A stretch of 64,000 nucleotides of DNA from positions 101,005-165,004 of the forward strand of contig JBBQSO010000001.1 in assembly GCA_038213805.1 (NCBI GenBank). The letters are read 5' to 3'. This DNA is from Planctomycetota bacterium (GTDB taxonomy: Bacteria > Planctomycetota > UBA11346). The translations under genes were made by a program, and so were the position numbers. Shown piece by piece: positions 1-9,663 of the stretch. Positions within the stretch are counted from its first letter, which is position 1. The number at the start of each line of letters is the position of its first letter. Below the pieces are notes generated by a model that saw nothing but the letters and a program-made list of their open reading frames with translations, was not told where the DNA came from and did no database searches.

Positions 1-943
1 TGTCGGGCAGCACCACGCAATACTGGCCGAAGGCCCCGTCGCCGCGGTAGCCGTGATGGCGGCAGCGCCAGAACTGGTAGCAGTAACCCTGCTCCCAATC
101 GCTGCGCGGATCGCTGCCATTGGCGATTTGCAGGGTGGTGGCCTCGTCAATCCAAGCAGCAGGCAGCAACTGCTTGCCCTGCCACTGGCCCCTCTGCAGG
201 TAGAGTTGACCGAAGCGCGCGATCTCTTCGGTGCGCGCCATCAGCCCGTAGCCGCCGGCGGAGATGCCCTGCGGGCTGGCCACCCAGGTCGGGTCGACGA
301 AGCCGAGCGGCTGGAACAGGCGCGGCTTGAGGTACTCGAGCACGCTCTGCCCGGTCGCCTTCTGCACCATGGCGGAGAGCATGTACGTCCCCGGGGTGTC
401 GTACAGGAAGCGCGTGCCGGGCTTGAAGGCGACCGGCTGGGCCAGGAAGCGGTGCGTCCAGGTTTCGGGTGGCGCGCCAGGCGTGTCGACCCAGATCCTG
501 CCTTCACTCTCGTGACCGGTGCCCATGCGCAGCAGGTCGCGCACGCGCATGCGCTTGAGGTTGGCCGACGGCTCGCCAGGTGCGTCCTCGGGGAATGCCT
601 TCAGCACCTCGTCGTCGAGGCTCAGCTTGCCCTCGGCGATCGCCATGCCGACGGCGGTCGAGGTGAAGCTCTTGCTGAGCGAGTAGAACATGTGCGGGGT
701 CTGCGCGTCGTACGGCTTCCACCACGCCTCTGCGACCACCTGGCCGTGGCGCAGCAGCATGACGCTGTGCATGCCGTCGATGTCCTGGTCGGCCGCGGTG
801 AGGAAGGCAAGGATGGCCGCGGACGCGATGCCCTGCTGTTCAGGGGTGCTGCGCGGCAGCGCGGCGGAGGATTCCGCGCCGCGCGTCAGTGCGGCGAGGC
901 CGGCCAGGACCAGGACGGACACGGAGAGGCGGATGGTTCGCAT
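1..943 (-). CDS. Secreted serine hydrolase, beta-lactamase/AmpC-like family (3' end runs off the window)
   Basis: Not in the ORF track because it has no stop in the window. Manual translation from ATG at 943: MRTIRLSVSVLVLAGLAALTRG signal peptide, LPRSTPEQQG, MHSVMLLRHGQVVAEAWW, SxxK motif FYSLSKSFTS, LLRMGTGH. Confidence 0.85.
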   Translation of the reverse strand, partial: MRTIRLSVSVLVLAGLAALTRGAESSAALPRSTPEQQGIASAAILAFLTAADQDIDGMHSVMLLRHGQVVAEAWWKPYDAQTPHMFYSLSKSFTSTAVGMAIAEGKLSLDDEVLKAFPEDAPGEPSANLKRMRVRDLLRMGTGHESEGRIWVDTPGAPPETWTHRFLAQPVAFKPGTRFLYDTPGTYMLSAMVQKATGQSVLEYLKPRLFQPLGFVDPTWVASPQGISAGGYGLMARTEEIARFGQLYLQRGQWQGKQLLPAAWIDEATTLQIANGSDPRSDWEQGYCYQFWRCRHHGYRGDGAFGQYCVVLPD

Positions 944-984
944 GGTGGTTCCCCCAGTGTGTGTGCAGAATTTTTCCGCGGAGC

Positions 985-2727
985 TCAGTGCGTCGGCGCC
1001 GGCGTCGCCGCGGCCGCGGGCGGCGCACTCGTCGGTGCCGTTGCCGCGGGTACCGTCGGGGCGGTCGTCGTGGCGGGCGGCGGTGCCAGCGCCGCGCCGA
1101 CGTCGGCGAAGCTCATGTAGATCGACAGCACCACCAGCACCAGCAGCGCCGCCGCTGGTTTCGTACCGCGCCATGAGGTCATCTCGACATCGCCCGAGTA
1201 CGCCTGGACCCAGGGCTCTGCCCGAGGGGCGATCTGCATGATGACGACCATCACGACGCACATCAGCACGAACACCGCGCCCAGGAAGTGGAAGCCATTC
1301 ACGACGTCGGTCAGCGGCACCAGCACGGTCGCGCCGTCCACCACGTGCGGCACCAGCGGCACGAAGTAGCCGGTGGCGATGACCAGGAAGCCGCCGATCA
1401 GCCCGGTCTTGGCCGCGGCCGCCGGCAGGCGGCGCAGCAGCAGGCCCATCAGCACCACCGAGAAGATCGGGATGAAGTACATGCCGTTCATCTTCTGCAG
1501 GTAGCCGAAGATGCTGGTCTGCCCGGCGAGCATGGGCGCGACCGTCATCGCGACCAGCGCCACCACCAGGGCGAAGACCTTGCCGGCCTTCACAACGCGA
1601 TCCTCGGATGCGTTCTTGTCCCACAGGCCCTTGTAGATGCCCATGCTGAACAGCGTGGCGGTGCTGTTGAGCGCCGAGCCGAACGAGCTCAGCACCGCGC
1701 CCATCATCGCGGCCAGGAAGAACCCGGTGAGCGGGGCCGGCAGCACCTCGCGCACCAGCTTGCCGTAGGCGTGATCGGGCTTCAGGCCGCTGTCGGCATA
1801 GAGGTGGAAGGCGATGATGCCGGGCACCACCAGGTAGAGCGGGCCGAGCAGCTTCAGTGCGCCGGTCAGCAGCACGCCCTTCTGGCCCTCGGCGAGGTTG
1901 CGCGCGGCGAAGGTGCGCTGGATGATCGACTGGTTGGTGCACCAGTAGAAGGTGGTGAGCAGGATGACGCCGGTGAACAGCGTCGGGAATGGCACCGACT
2001 GGGTGGCCGTGCCGAGCGAGTTGAATTTTTCGGGGTGGGCGTGGGTCACGGTGTGCAGACCGGCGAGGATGCCTTCGCCCTTGCCGACCGCCGCCAGGGC
2101 GAAGCCGACGATCATCAGGCCGCCCGAGAGCAGCAGCACGCCATTGTAGGTGTCAGCCACCGCGATGCCGCGCATGCCGCCGAAGACGGCGTAGATGGTG
2201 CCGACCAGGCCGACCACCCACACCGTCAGCCACAGCGCCGAGCCCGCGTCCTGGATGCCGGTCAGCCCCTGCACGTCGACGATCTCGTTCAGGCCGGTGG
2301 CGCCGGTATAGAGCACGATCGGCAGCAGGATGGCGGTGTAGGCGATCAGGAAGATGAGGTTGCAGATGACCTGCGTGCCGCGGTCGAAGCGCAGCTCGAG
2401 GAATTGCGGCACGGTCGAGATACCGCTGCGCAGGAAGCGCGGCAGGAAGAACAGCGCCATCGCCACCAGCGACAGCACCGAGACCACCTCCCAGGCCATG
2501 ACGCTCAGGCCGTCACTGTAGGCGGCGCCGTTGAGTCCGACCAACTGCTCGGTCGAGAGGTTGGTGAGCAGCAGCGAGCCGGCGATGAACACCGCGCCCA
2601 GCGAGCGCCCCGCCAGGAAGTGGCTGGTGGTGGTCGACACCACCGTGCGCCGCACCGTCAGCCAGGTGCCGAGGGCGACCAGGCCGGTGAAGAAGGCGAA
2701 CGAGGCGAAGGTGATGAGGGTGTGCAT
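985..2727 (-). CDS. Sodium:solute symporter (SSS family, YidK-like sugar transporter)
   Basis: HFLAGRSL, SLLLTNLSTEQLVGLNG, YWCTNQSIIQR motifs and many TM helices. Start moved to MHTLITF at 2727. Confidence 0.92.
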   Translation of the reverse strand: MHTLITFASFAFFTGLVALGTWLTVRRTVVSTTTSHFLAGRSLGAVFIAGSLLLTNLSTEQLVGLNGAAYSDGLSVMAWEVVSVLSLVAMALFFLPRFLRSGISTVPQFLELRFDRGTQVICNLIFLIAYTAILLPIVLYTGATGLNEIVDVQGLTGIQDAGSALWLTVWVVGLVGTIYAVFGGMRGIAVADTYNGVLLLSGGLMIVGFALAAVGKGEGILAGLHTVTHAHPEKFNSLGTATQSVPFPTLFTGVILLTTFYWCTNQSIIQRTFAARNLAEGQKGVLLTGALKLLGPLYLVVPGIIAFHLYADSGLKPDHAYGKLVREVLPAPLTGFFLAAMMGAVLSSFGSALNSTATLFSMGIYKGLWDKNASEDRVVKAGKVFALVVALVAMTVAPMLAGQTSIFGYLQKMNGMYFIPIFSVVLMGLLLRRLPAAAAKTGLIGGFLVIATGYFVPLVPHVVDGATVLVPLTDVVNGFHFLGAVFVLMCVVMVVIMQIAPRAEPWVQAYSGDVEMTSWRGTKPAAALLVLVVLSIYMSFADVGAALAPPPATTTAPTVPAATAPTSAPPAAAATPAPTH

Positions 2728-2973
2728 GGTGCAGAAGTCTCCGGGCCGGATGACCGGCGGGCGGGGAGTGTCCCATGGTTCCCCGCCCCGCCAAGGGGGT
2801 GCGGGTGCGGCCTGCGGAAGGTGCTCCACCCAGACCGCGACGATTGCGCAATCGCATGCAGGGCCGCCATTTGCAGGCAGATGCAAGCCCCAGCATGCGG
2901 CCTTGGGCGCAGCGTGGCACGGGGGACGCCTGCAGGCAGGGTTGCACAAGCGCGAGTACGGCCAGGCATCCTG

Positions 2974-2999
2974 GTAACGATCGCGGGGGTACGGTAGAC
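2974..2999 (+). promoter_or_regulatory. Predicted ECF sigma promoter (GTAAC-N15-GTAGAC), probably autoregulatory
   Basis: The -10 element ends 8 nt before the sigma ATG (3008) and there is no SD. The same motif and spacing recur at 7030, 10383, 21267(-) and 35530(-). Confidence 0.65.
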
Positions 3000-3007
3000 T
3001 GTCCTGC

Positions 3008-3544
3008 ATGGGTACGGATCTCTCGGCCGCCGATCACGAGCGCTTCACCCGGCATTGGACCCTGGCCAGTCCGATGGTGGCGGACTACATCAGCGCCCTG
3101 GTGCCGAATTTCCATGAGGCCGAGGACCTGCTGCAGAACGTCGCCATCGTCGTCCTGCGCAAATTCGACCAGTACGACCAGGCGCTGCCCTTCGCCTTCT
3201 GGGCGATGGGCATCGCCCGCTATGAGGTATTGAGCAAGCGGCGCGAATTCTCGCGGCGGCGGGTGCTCTTCACTCCAGATCTCGCCGATCAGGCGGCCGA
3301 GCTCCAGCAGGAGATGAGCGCCGAGCACGAAGCCCGTCAGCGCGCCCTGCGGGACTGCCTGCGCGCGGTCGGTGAGCGCGCGACCACGGTGCTGCGCATG
3401 CGCTATGAAGAGGCACTCGAGCCGCGCGACATCGCCGAGCGCCTCGGCATGTCGTCAGGCGCCATCCGCGTGATGCTCAGTCGGGTGCGCTGCGTCCTCC
3501 AGGAGTGCATCCAGGCGAAGATCGCCGTGGCGGACCACCGCTGA
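3008..3544 (+). CDS. ECF RNA polymerase sigma-70 factor
   Basis: Region 2 (EAEDLLQNVAIV, FAFWAMGIARYEV) and region 4 HTH (LRMRYEEALEPRDIAERLGMSSGAIRVMLSRVR). TGATG overlap with the next gene. Confidence 0.93.
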   Translation: MGTDLSAADHERFTRHWTLASPMVADYISALVPNFHEAEDLLQNVAIVVLRKFDQYDQALPFAFWAMGIARYEVLSKRREFSRRRVLFTPDLADQAAELQQEMSAEHEARQRALRDCLRAVGERATTVLRMRYEEALEPRDIAERLGMSSGAIRVMLSRVRCVLQECIQAKIAVADHR

Positions 3545-5394
3545 TGACCGTGCCGCTCCCCCTCATCGATGCCTTCCTGGATGACCACCTGGACGATGAC
3601 CAGACCGTCGCGCTGCAGACCTGGTTGGCAGCCGATCGCGAGCACCTGCGGGCCTTCCTGCGCATCACGTCCGTGCACCGGGCGCTGCGCCGCGAGTTCA
3701 CCAGCGCCCAGGCGCACGTACGCTTCTCAGCGCAGGCACCGAGCGCCACCACCCGTCGGTTGCGCATCGCGGCGCGGCGAGGCGGATCGCGGCGCCCGGT
3801 CGGGATGAACCCGTGGTGGCTGCGGGGCGCGGGCATCGCCGCCGGCCTGCTGCTGGCGATCGGCCTGGTCATGGGCGGTCACCGCGCCGGGGATGACGCG
3901 GTCCAGATCGCCGCCGGTTCCGCCGTTATCGAGCGGCCGACGGGCCCGGTGCCGGCGCATGCGGGCGATGTGGTGCAGCGTGCCGATGCGATCGTTGCTG
4001 CGCAGGGCCCCGTCACCCTGCGCTTCGCCGATGGCACCACGGTGCGACTCGATGCGGATGCCCGGATCGTGCTGACGTCCGCAGGAAGCGCGGACCAAGG
4101 CAAGCGCCTGGAACTGGGCATGGGTCGGCTTTCCGCGAGCGTCGCCAAGCAGCCCAGCGGTCGTCCGCTGACCATCACCACCGCGACCGCGACCGCGGTG
4201 GTGGTCGGCACCGCATTCAGCCTGAGCAGCTCCGCGACTGCGACCCGCCTGGACGTCGAACACGGTCGCGTGCGGCTTGAGCGCCAAGTCGATGCCGCAA
4301 CGGTCGAGGTCGGCGCCGGCGAATACGCGGTGGCGGACCCGGGCAGCGCATTGGTAGTGCGCAAGCAGGGCACCCTGCCGGGCGATGCCCCCCTGCATGT
4401 CGGTGGCGCCCGGCACAACCAGCTCATTGGGCCGGATGGGAAGCGCTTCGTGTTGAAGGGCGCACAGGTCGGCCTCACCCTCTTCTATGCCCAGCTCGGC
4501 TCGCCGTGGGAATACCGGCTGCTCGCGGACCGGGCCGTGTTCGAGCGCGCCTTCAGCGGGCGCCTCGCACAGCTCGCGGCGATGAAGGCCAACGGCATCA
4601 ACACCGTGCGCATCTTCGTCGGCGGGGCGGTGGCCCACGACCCCAACAACGGGTATGCGACTCCAGAGCAGGGCTACGGCGGGTTCGCCGGCTATGTCCA
4701 GCGCCTGGTCACCTATGCCGACGATGCCCGCAACCAGGGGTTCCACGTCATCTTCTGCTACAATGGCGATGATGGGTGGTCGCAGGATACGAACTGGCCT
4801 GCGTATCGCAGACTGTTCAGCGCACTGGTGCCGGCGCTCGCGACCAACGGCAACGTGCTGTTCGAACTCGTCCATGAACCGGACATCGAAGATCGCGAAT
4901 GGAGCCGGTGCAGCGTCCGCGCCATCGACCTTTTCCGTTCACTCGGATATCGGGGCCCACTCGTGGTCGACCTCGATCATCGCTGCAACTGGTGGTATGA
5001 GCCCATCGTCGACGAAGTTTCCCGGCATGATCAGCAACTGGTCTTCAGCCTGCACTTCGCGAAATGGGTGGGCTGGGCGCACACCGAGGAAATGCTGCGC
5101 AACGGCGCCCATCGACCGGTGATCCTCGGACAGGTGACACCCAATGTGGGCAATGACCTTGGCGAGCCGGACGCCATCGCGGCCGTGGTCGCCATGCGTG
5201 CGCTGGTCACCCAGGAAATCGCGATCGGCGCCGTGGCGGCGGAATGGAATGCACGCGATGGCCAGCCTCCGACGCCCGGCACGGGCATGACAGACGACGA
5301 TGGCGCCCTCGTGCCGAACTCATGGGGCGTTGGATATCGTGATGGATTCAGTGGTCGCCTGCCTGATTGGCTCCCTGTCGCAACGCCTCCGTGA
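3544..5394 (+). CDS. FecR-type anti-sigma factor with C-terminal GH5-like (clan GH-A) domain
   Basis: N-terminal anti-sigma helix (LIDAFLDDHL), one TM helix, FecR core (LRFADGTTVRL, TATAVVVGTAF, LDVEHGRVRL), then a TIM-barrel with INTVRIF, VLFELVHEP, FSLHF and PVILGQV. Start at ATG 3544. Confidence 0.85.
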   Translation: MTVPLPLIDAFLDDHLDDDQTVALQTWLAADREHLRAFLRITSVHRALRREFTSAQAHVRFSAQAPSATTRRLRIAARRGGSRRPVGMNPWWLRGAGIAAGLLLAIGLVMGGHRAGDDAVQIAAGSAVIERPTGPVPAHAGDVVQRADAIVAAQGPVTLRFADGTTVRLDADARIVLTSAGSADQGKRLELGMGRLSASVAKQPSGRPLTITTATATAVVVGTAFSLSSSATATRLDVEHGRVRLERQVDAATVEVGAGEYAVADPGSALVVRKQGTLPGDAPLHVGGARHNQLIGPDGKRFVLKGAQVGLTLFYAQLGSPWEYRLLADRAVFERAFSGRLAQLAAMKANGINTVRIFVGGAVAHDPNNGYATPEQGYGGFAGYVQRLVTYADDARNQGFHVIFCYNGDDGWSQDTNWPAYRRLFSALVPALATNGNVLFELVHEPDIEDREWSRCSVRAIDLFRSLGYRGPLVVDLDHRCNWWYEPIVDEVSRHDQQLVFSLHFAKWVGWAHTEEMLRNGAHRPVILGQVTPNVGNDLGEPDAIAAVVAMRALVTQEIAIGAVAAEWNARDGQPPTPGTGMTDDDGALVPNSWGVGYRDGFSGRLPDWLPVATPP

Positions 5395-5405
5395 AGGATT
5401 CCCAC

Positions 5406-6905
5406 ATGCACCTGCGCACGACCACCACTGTCCTGGTTCTAGCGGCGCTGTCCTGCAGCGCGCTCCATGGGGCCGTCCATGAGGTCGGTCCGACGACTCC
5501 GCTGGTGTTGTCGCTGGCCGACGTCGCCGGGGGCACCGATGTACGCAACAATGCCAAACACAATCCGGGCGGCGGCTACCTTAGTGTCTACGACGGCATC
5601 AAGGAATTCGGCTACCCGTCCACCCACGGCAACCAGCTTGGCAACACCGCGCTGGTCAATGACCATGTCTACTGGGATAGCAGCCCGGGCGGCCTCGACT
5701 TCACCCACACGCCACCTCCCGACGCGGGCTGCGGCAGTGCCTTGTGGTGGCCCATCCCCGGGGAATGGACAGCCTACCAGTTCGCGGTGACCAGCCCGGG
5801 AACCTATTCCGTGCTCTGCCGCTTCTCGTCATCGTGGGGACCGGCCAAGCCGGCCACGGCGGTGCTCACCATCGATGGCGTCGCCAGCGCGCCCGTGCCG
5901 CTGACTCCGGACGATCCGAAGCTGTGGTCCGATACGCACTACCAGGTGGGCGGGTGGTGGGGACACACCATGGTCAGCGGCACCTTTCCGGTCGCCTGGT
6001 CGCTGGGCACCGGCGCCCACGTGCTGCAGGTGCGCATCGACAGCTTCCCGGACAAGCCCACGGACCACGGCAATCTCTGGATCCATTATTTCAAGATCAC
6101 GTCGAGCAAGACCGCCGGCAGGGCGCCGGCCGTGGTGCTCAAACCTGTCGTGCCCCGCCAGCTGGCCGCGGCGAACGCGGCATTCAAGACGGCAGAGGAG
6201 TGCGAGCAGAAGGGGCGCCTGGGCCAAGCCATCGCCGCCTACGAGAAGGCGGCAGGCGGAGCGGTAGCAGGCAGCGATCTGAACGAGCGCGCCACGACCA
6301 GGGCCAAGGCGCTGCGTGAGGCCGGCGAGCAGAAGCTCGCCGCTGCACGCGCCCTCGCACCCGAGGCGGCAGCGCCCGTCCTGGCGCGGATCGCGAGCGA
6401 CTATGCCGGTAGCGACGTGGGCGACTCCGCACGTCCCTCGTCACCGGCGCAGACCCAGGCACCGCCCCAGAAGGCCCCCGCGGACACCGGCACGACCGGG
6501 TGGACTGCACCCGACAAGCAGCAGGCGCTCTCCGCGCTCCGCACCATGATCCTGGACACCGCGGGGCGGATGCCGATCACAGCGACCATCGCGCTGTTCG
6601 GGAAGCCGCAGGCGGTGGTCGTCACCAAATGCGACAAGCAGGGTCTGGATCTCAGACTCACCGGCTCCAGCTCGGAAATCACCCTGCAATGGCAACAGCT
6701 CGGCAACGAGGACCTGGGGCGGCTGGGGCAGGCCTGCATCCTCGGTCGCTCGGACCAGGCCCTTGCCGTTGGGGAGTGGTGCATCGCCTGCGGGCTCGAA
6801 ACCCTGGCGAAAGCCACGCTGAATCGCGCGGCCGAACTCGATTCGCGGTTGGCGCCGGCAGTGGCCGAACGGCTACAGGCGCTCCACGCCAAGTCCGCGC
6901 CCTGA
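5406..6905 (+). CDS. Secreted protein: CBM6-like beta-sandwich, TPR-like helices and C-terminal domain of unknown function
   Basis: Signal peptide; GEWTAYQFAVTSPGTYSV, GAHVLQVRID and WIHYFKI resemble the galactose-binding/CBM6 fold. The N-terminal domain is paralogous to that of 7132-9255. Confidence 0.6.
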   Translation: MHLRTTTTVLVLAALSCSALHGAVHEVGPTTPLVLSLADVAGGTDVRNNAKHNPGGGYLSVYDGIKEFGYPSTHGNQLGNTALVNDHVYWDSSPGGLDFTHTPPPDAGCGSALWWPIPGEWTAYQFAVTSPGTYSVLCRFSSSWGPAKPATAVLTIDGVASAPVPLTPDDPKLWSDTHYQVGGWWGHTMVSGTFPVAWSLGTGAHVLQVRIDSFPDKPTDHGNLWIHYFKITSSKTAGRAPAVVLKPVVPRQLAAANAAFKTAEECEQKGRLGQAIAAYEKAAGGAVAGSDLNERATTRAKALREAGEQKLAAARALAPEAAAPVLARIASDYAGSDVGDSARPSSPAQTQAPPQKAPADTGTTGWTAPDKQQALSALRTMILDTAGRMPITATIALFGKPQAVVVTKCDKQGLDLRLTGSSSEITLQWQQLGNEDLGRLGQACILGRSDQALAVGEWCIACGLETLAKATLNRAAELDSRLAPAVAERLQALHAKSAP

Positions 6906-7029
6906 TGGCCTGACGGCGGGTCGCCATCCGCGCAGATCCCAACCACCTGGAGGAAGCGATCTGCCGCGTCCTGCAGGGATCGCCGTTTTGCGACCCGGTG
7001 GGACGGCGACAGAGTGCGGTGGAAACTCC

Positions 7030-7055
7030 GTAACGCGCAGCGTCGGCCGGTAGAT
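7030..7055 (+). promoter_or_regulatory. Predicted ECF promoter (GTAAC-N15-GTAGAT)
   Basis: Intergenic, upstream of SD GGAGGA (7121) and ATG 7132. Same spacing as the motif at 2974. Confidence 0.65.
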
Positions 7056-7131
7056 CTCGGGAGAATGAACGTCGTGGGCGTACGCACCGTCCGCCGCCGC
7101 GCTCTCTCATCGTGACCATCGGAGGAATCCC

Positions 7132-9255
7132 ATGAGCATCGCCCATCCCATCGCAGCTGGTCCGCTTCGGACGATGGCGTCGCGCGTTCGCCGCCGCTCC
7201 GCCTTGATCGCCATGCTCATCGCGCTGTTGATGGCCGGGGCGCAACCTGCCCAGACCGCGACCTTCGACGTGAGCCCAACCAGCCCGGCGATCATCCCGT
7301 TCTCCAGCGTCATCGGCGGATCGGATGCGGCGAACAACGCGAAGAACAACGCGAATGGCGGCTATTTCAGCGAATTTGACAATGTCAGTCAGTTCAACTA
7401 CCCGGCCGGTCATGGCAACCAGCTCCAGAACACGGCGATGATCAATGACAGCACCAACTATTTCGACAACGTGACCTGGCAAGGCGGACAGCCGGCCGGC
7501 TTGTCACTGTCGGGCGTTCCCGCCCCGGACGCGGGCTGCGGCGATGCGGCCTGGTGGCCGGCTCCCGGCGATTGGGTCTCGTACCAATTGAATGTCACCA
7601 CCGCCGGCACGTACACCGTCCTCACCCGTTTCTCGACGGCGTGGGGTCCGACCGGCACCGTGACCTACCATATGACAATCGATGGGGTCAGCAGCGGGCC
7701 AGTCACCATGCACCCGGACGACAACGCGTATTGGACGCCTGGAGCAGGCGGATTCCAGCGTCCGATCGATGGCTGGTGGGGACACAATTATGTCCCGGGC
7801 ACCATGCCAACCGGCTGGAGTCTGGCCGTAGGACCGCACGTGCTCAAGGTCTTCATCGACAACTGGCCCGGCACAGCGCCTGGGCCCAGCTCCTCGGGCC
7901 CGGGCGACATCTGGCTGCATTACTTCAAGGTCCTGGCTGGCGGCACGCCGGTGTCCGGGCCGGTGCCCGCACCGACCTTCTCATTCTCGCCACTTCTGAC
8001 CGCCACCGCCAATGGCTTGATGGCGACTGGTCCCGTGACGGTCACGATTGAGGACACCGATGCCACCGCGGTCATCCATTACACCACCGATGGCAGCACG
8101 CCGATGGCATCCTCGCCCACGTATACTGCGCCCTTCATCATCAGTGCCCTGGGCGCCGCGACCATCAAGGCACTGGCGATCGACGGTACCGACAGCGCGG
8201 TGGCGACCACGACGTTCACCATCGCTGCGCCCCCGACGGTGGCGACCGCGGCCAACGCCGCGCCGAACCCGGTGACGGGCACCACCACGGTGCTGAGCGC
8301 GCTGGGCGCAACCACCGGCGCGGGCGGCGAGCCGACGCTGACCTACACCTGGTCGACGACCGGGTCGACACCGGCGGCGGTGCGCTTCAGCGCGAACGGC
8401 AGCAACGCCGCGAAATCGGTCACCGCCACCTTCGCCGGCGCCGGCACCTACAATTTCCAGGTCGCGATCGCCAACCCCTTCGGCTTATCGGTGACGAGCA
8501 GCGTCAGCGTGGTGGTGGACCGGACCGTGACGGGCGTGGCGGTGGTGCCGGGCACGGCGTGGATCTCGGCCGGCTCGAGCTTCACCTTCACCGCCTCGGC
8601 AGTCGACCAGTTCGGGGCCGTCATCTCCGGGACTCCGACCGTCACCTGGTCGGCGACGGGCGGCAGCATCACGGCGGGCGGAGCCTACACCGCCGGAAAT
8701 GCCGCGGGCACCTTCTCGGTCACGGCGGCTTCGTCGACGGGCAGCGGGTCGGCGACGGTGGTGGTGACTGCCGGCTTTGCGGTCAGCATGACCTTCCAGC
8801 CCGCGCAGACGCCGCCCTTCGGCAACTACCTCGTCGACAACGGTGCGGTCTTCGGCGATCGCGGCAACGGCCTGAGTTACGGCTGGGACCAGGACCTCAG
8901 CACCTGGGCGCGCGAACGCCAAGGCAAGGGTGGCACGGCACCCGATGCCGGCCACGACCGCCTGATCTACGTGCAGCGCGCGGGCAATGCGGTCTTCCGC
9001 ATCACCGTCCCGAACGGCACCTACAACGTCCACATCATCAGTGGTGACGCCGCCTACTCCGCCAGCGTCTTCAAGGTGTCCGCCCAGGGCGTGCTGGTGG
9101 TGGATGGGACGCCGACGCCGGGCAACCGCTGGATCGAAGGCACCCAGACCGTGACCGTCACCAACGGCACGATCGCGGTGACCAGCGCCAGTGGGGCGCA
9201 GAACAACAAGATCTGCCAGCTCGACATCGCCGTCGTCCCCGCAGCCGTCAACTAG
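7132..9255 (+). CDS. Secreted multidomain glycan-binding/adhesin-like protein (CBM6-like, Fn3-associated/CHB_HEX_C-like, PKD/Ig-like and C-terminal beta-sandwich)
   Basis: Signal peptide, Thr/Ala-rich, IHYTTDGSTP..SSPTYTAPF motif, LTYTWS...AGTYNFQV Ig-like repeats, and a C-terminal FGDRGNGLSYGW..VPNGTYNV domain. Confidence 0.7.
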   Translation: MSIAHPIAAGPLRTMASRVRRRSALIAMLIALLMAGAQPAQTATFDVSPTSPAIIPFSSVIGGSDAANNAKNNANGGYFSEFDNVSQFNYPAGHGNQLQNTAMINDSTNYFDNVTWQGGQPAGLSLSGVPAPDAGCGDAAWWPAPGDWVSYQLNVTTAGTYTVLTRFSTAWGPTGTVTYHMTIDGVSSGPVTMHPDDNAYWTPGAGGFQRPIDGWWGHNYVPGTMPTGWSLAVGPHVLKVFIDNWPGTAPGPSSSGPGDIWLHYFKVLAGGTPVSGPVPAPTFSFSPLLTATANGLMATGPVTVTIEDTDATAVIHYTTDGSTPMASSPTYTAPFIISALGAATIKALAIDGTDSAVATTTFTIAAPPTVATAANAAPNPVTGTTTVLSALGATTGAGGEPTLTYTWSTTGSTPAAVRFSANGSNAAKSVTATFAGAGTYNFQVAIANPFGLSVTSSVSVVVDRTVTGVAVVPGTAWISAGSSFTFTASAVDQFGAVISGTPTVTWSATGGSITAGGAYTAGNAAGTFSVTAASSTGSGSATVVVTAGFAVSMTFQPAQTPPFGNYLVDNGAVFGDRGNGLSYGWDQDLSTWARERQGKGGTAPDAGHDRLIYVQRAGNAVFRITVPNGTYNVHIISGDAAYSASVFKVSAQGVLVVDGTPTPGNRWIEGTQTVTVTNGTIAVTSASGAQNNKICQLDIAVVPAAVN

Positions 9256-9270
9256 AACCCGCGAGGCACC

Positions 9271-9594
9271 ATGCGCCTGATCCCCTTCCTCATGATCTCC
9301 TTCGCCCTGGTAGGCTGCGGTAGCGGAGGGAATTTCGCCTTCGCTCCTGGCACCGTCATCAGCCGCACCAGGGTGACCCACTTCTGGCCCAATGGGCAGA
9401 TGAAGGACACCGGCTTCATCGCCACCGACAGCCAGGGCAACACCCACCAGGTCGACCAGTGGCAGTTGTGGTTCGAGAACGGCCAGCCGCAGTGGCAAGG
9501 CACCTATACCAGCACCGGCGCGGTGGATGGCAGCCAGCCCTGGTTCGAGTGGAACAGCAACGGTTCGGTGCGTGACACCTGGATCGACCGCTGA
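9271..9594 (+). CDS. Small lipoprotein with MORN-variant/YwqK-like repeats
   Basis: Lipobox LVGC; repeats FWPNGQMKDTG, WFENGQPQWQG and WNSNGSV. Confidence 0.65.
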   Translation: MRLIPFLMISFALVGCGSGGNFAFAPGTVISRTRVTHFWPNGQMKDTGFIATDSQGNTHQVDQWQLWFENGQPQWQGTYTSTGAVDGSQPWFEWNSNGSVRDTWIDR

Positions 9595-9663
9595 TCGCGT
9601 CCGGGCCTCTGCTCGTCGACACCACACATGTTCCCGTCCGATTGCGGGCGGGGAAAGAGTTCC

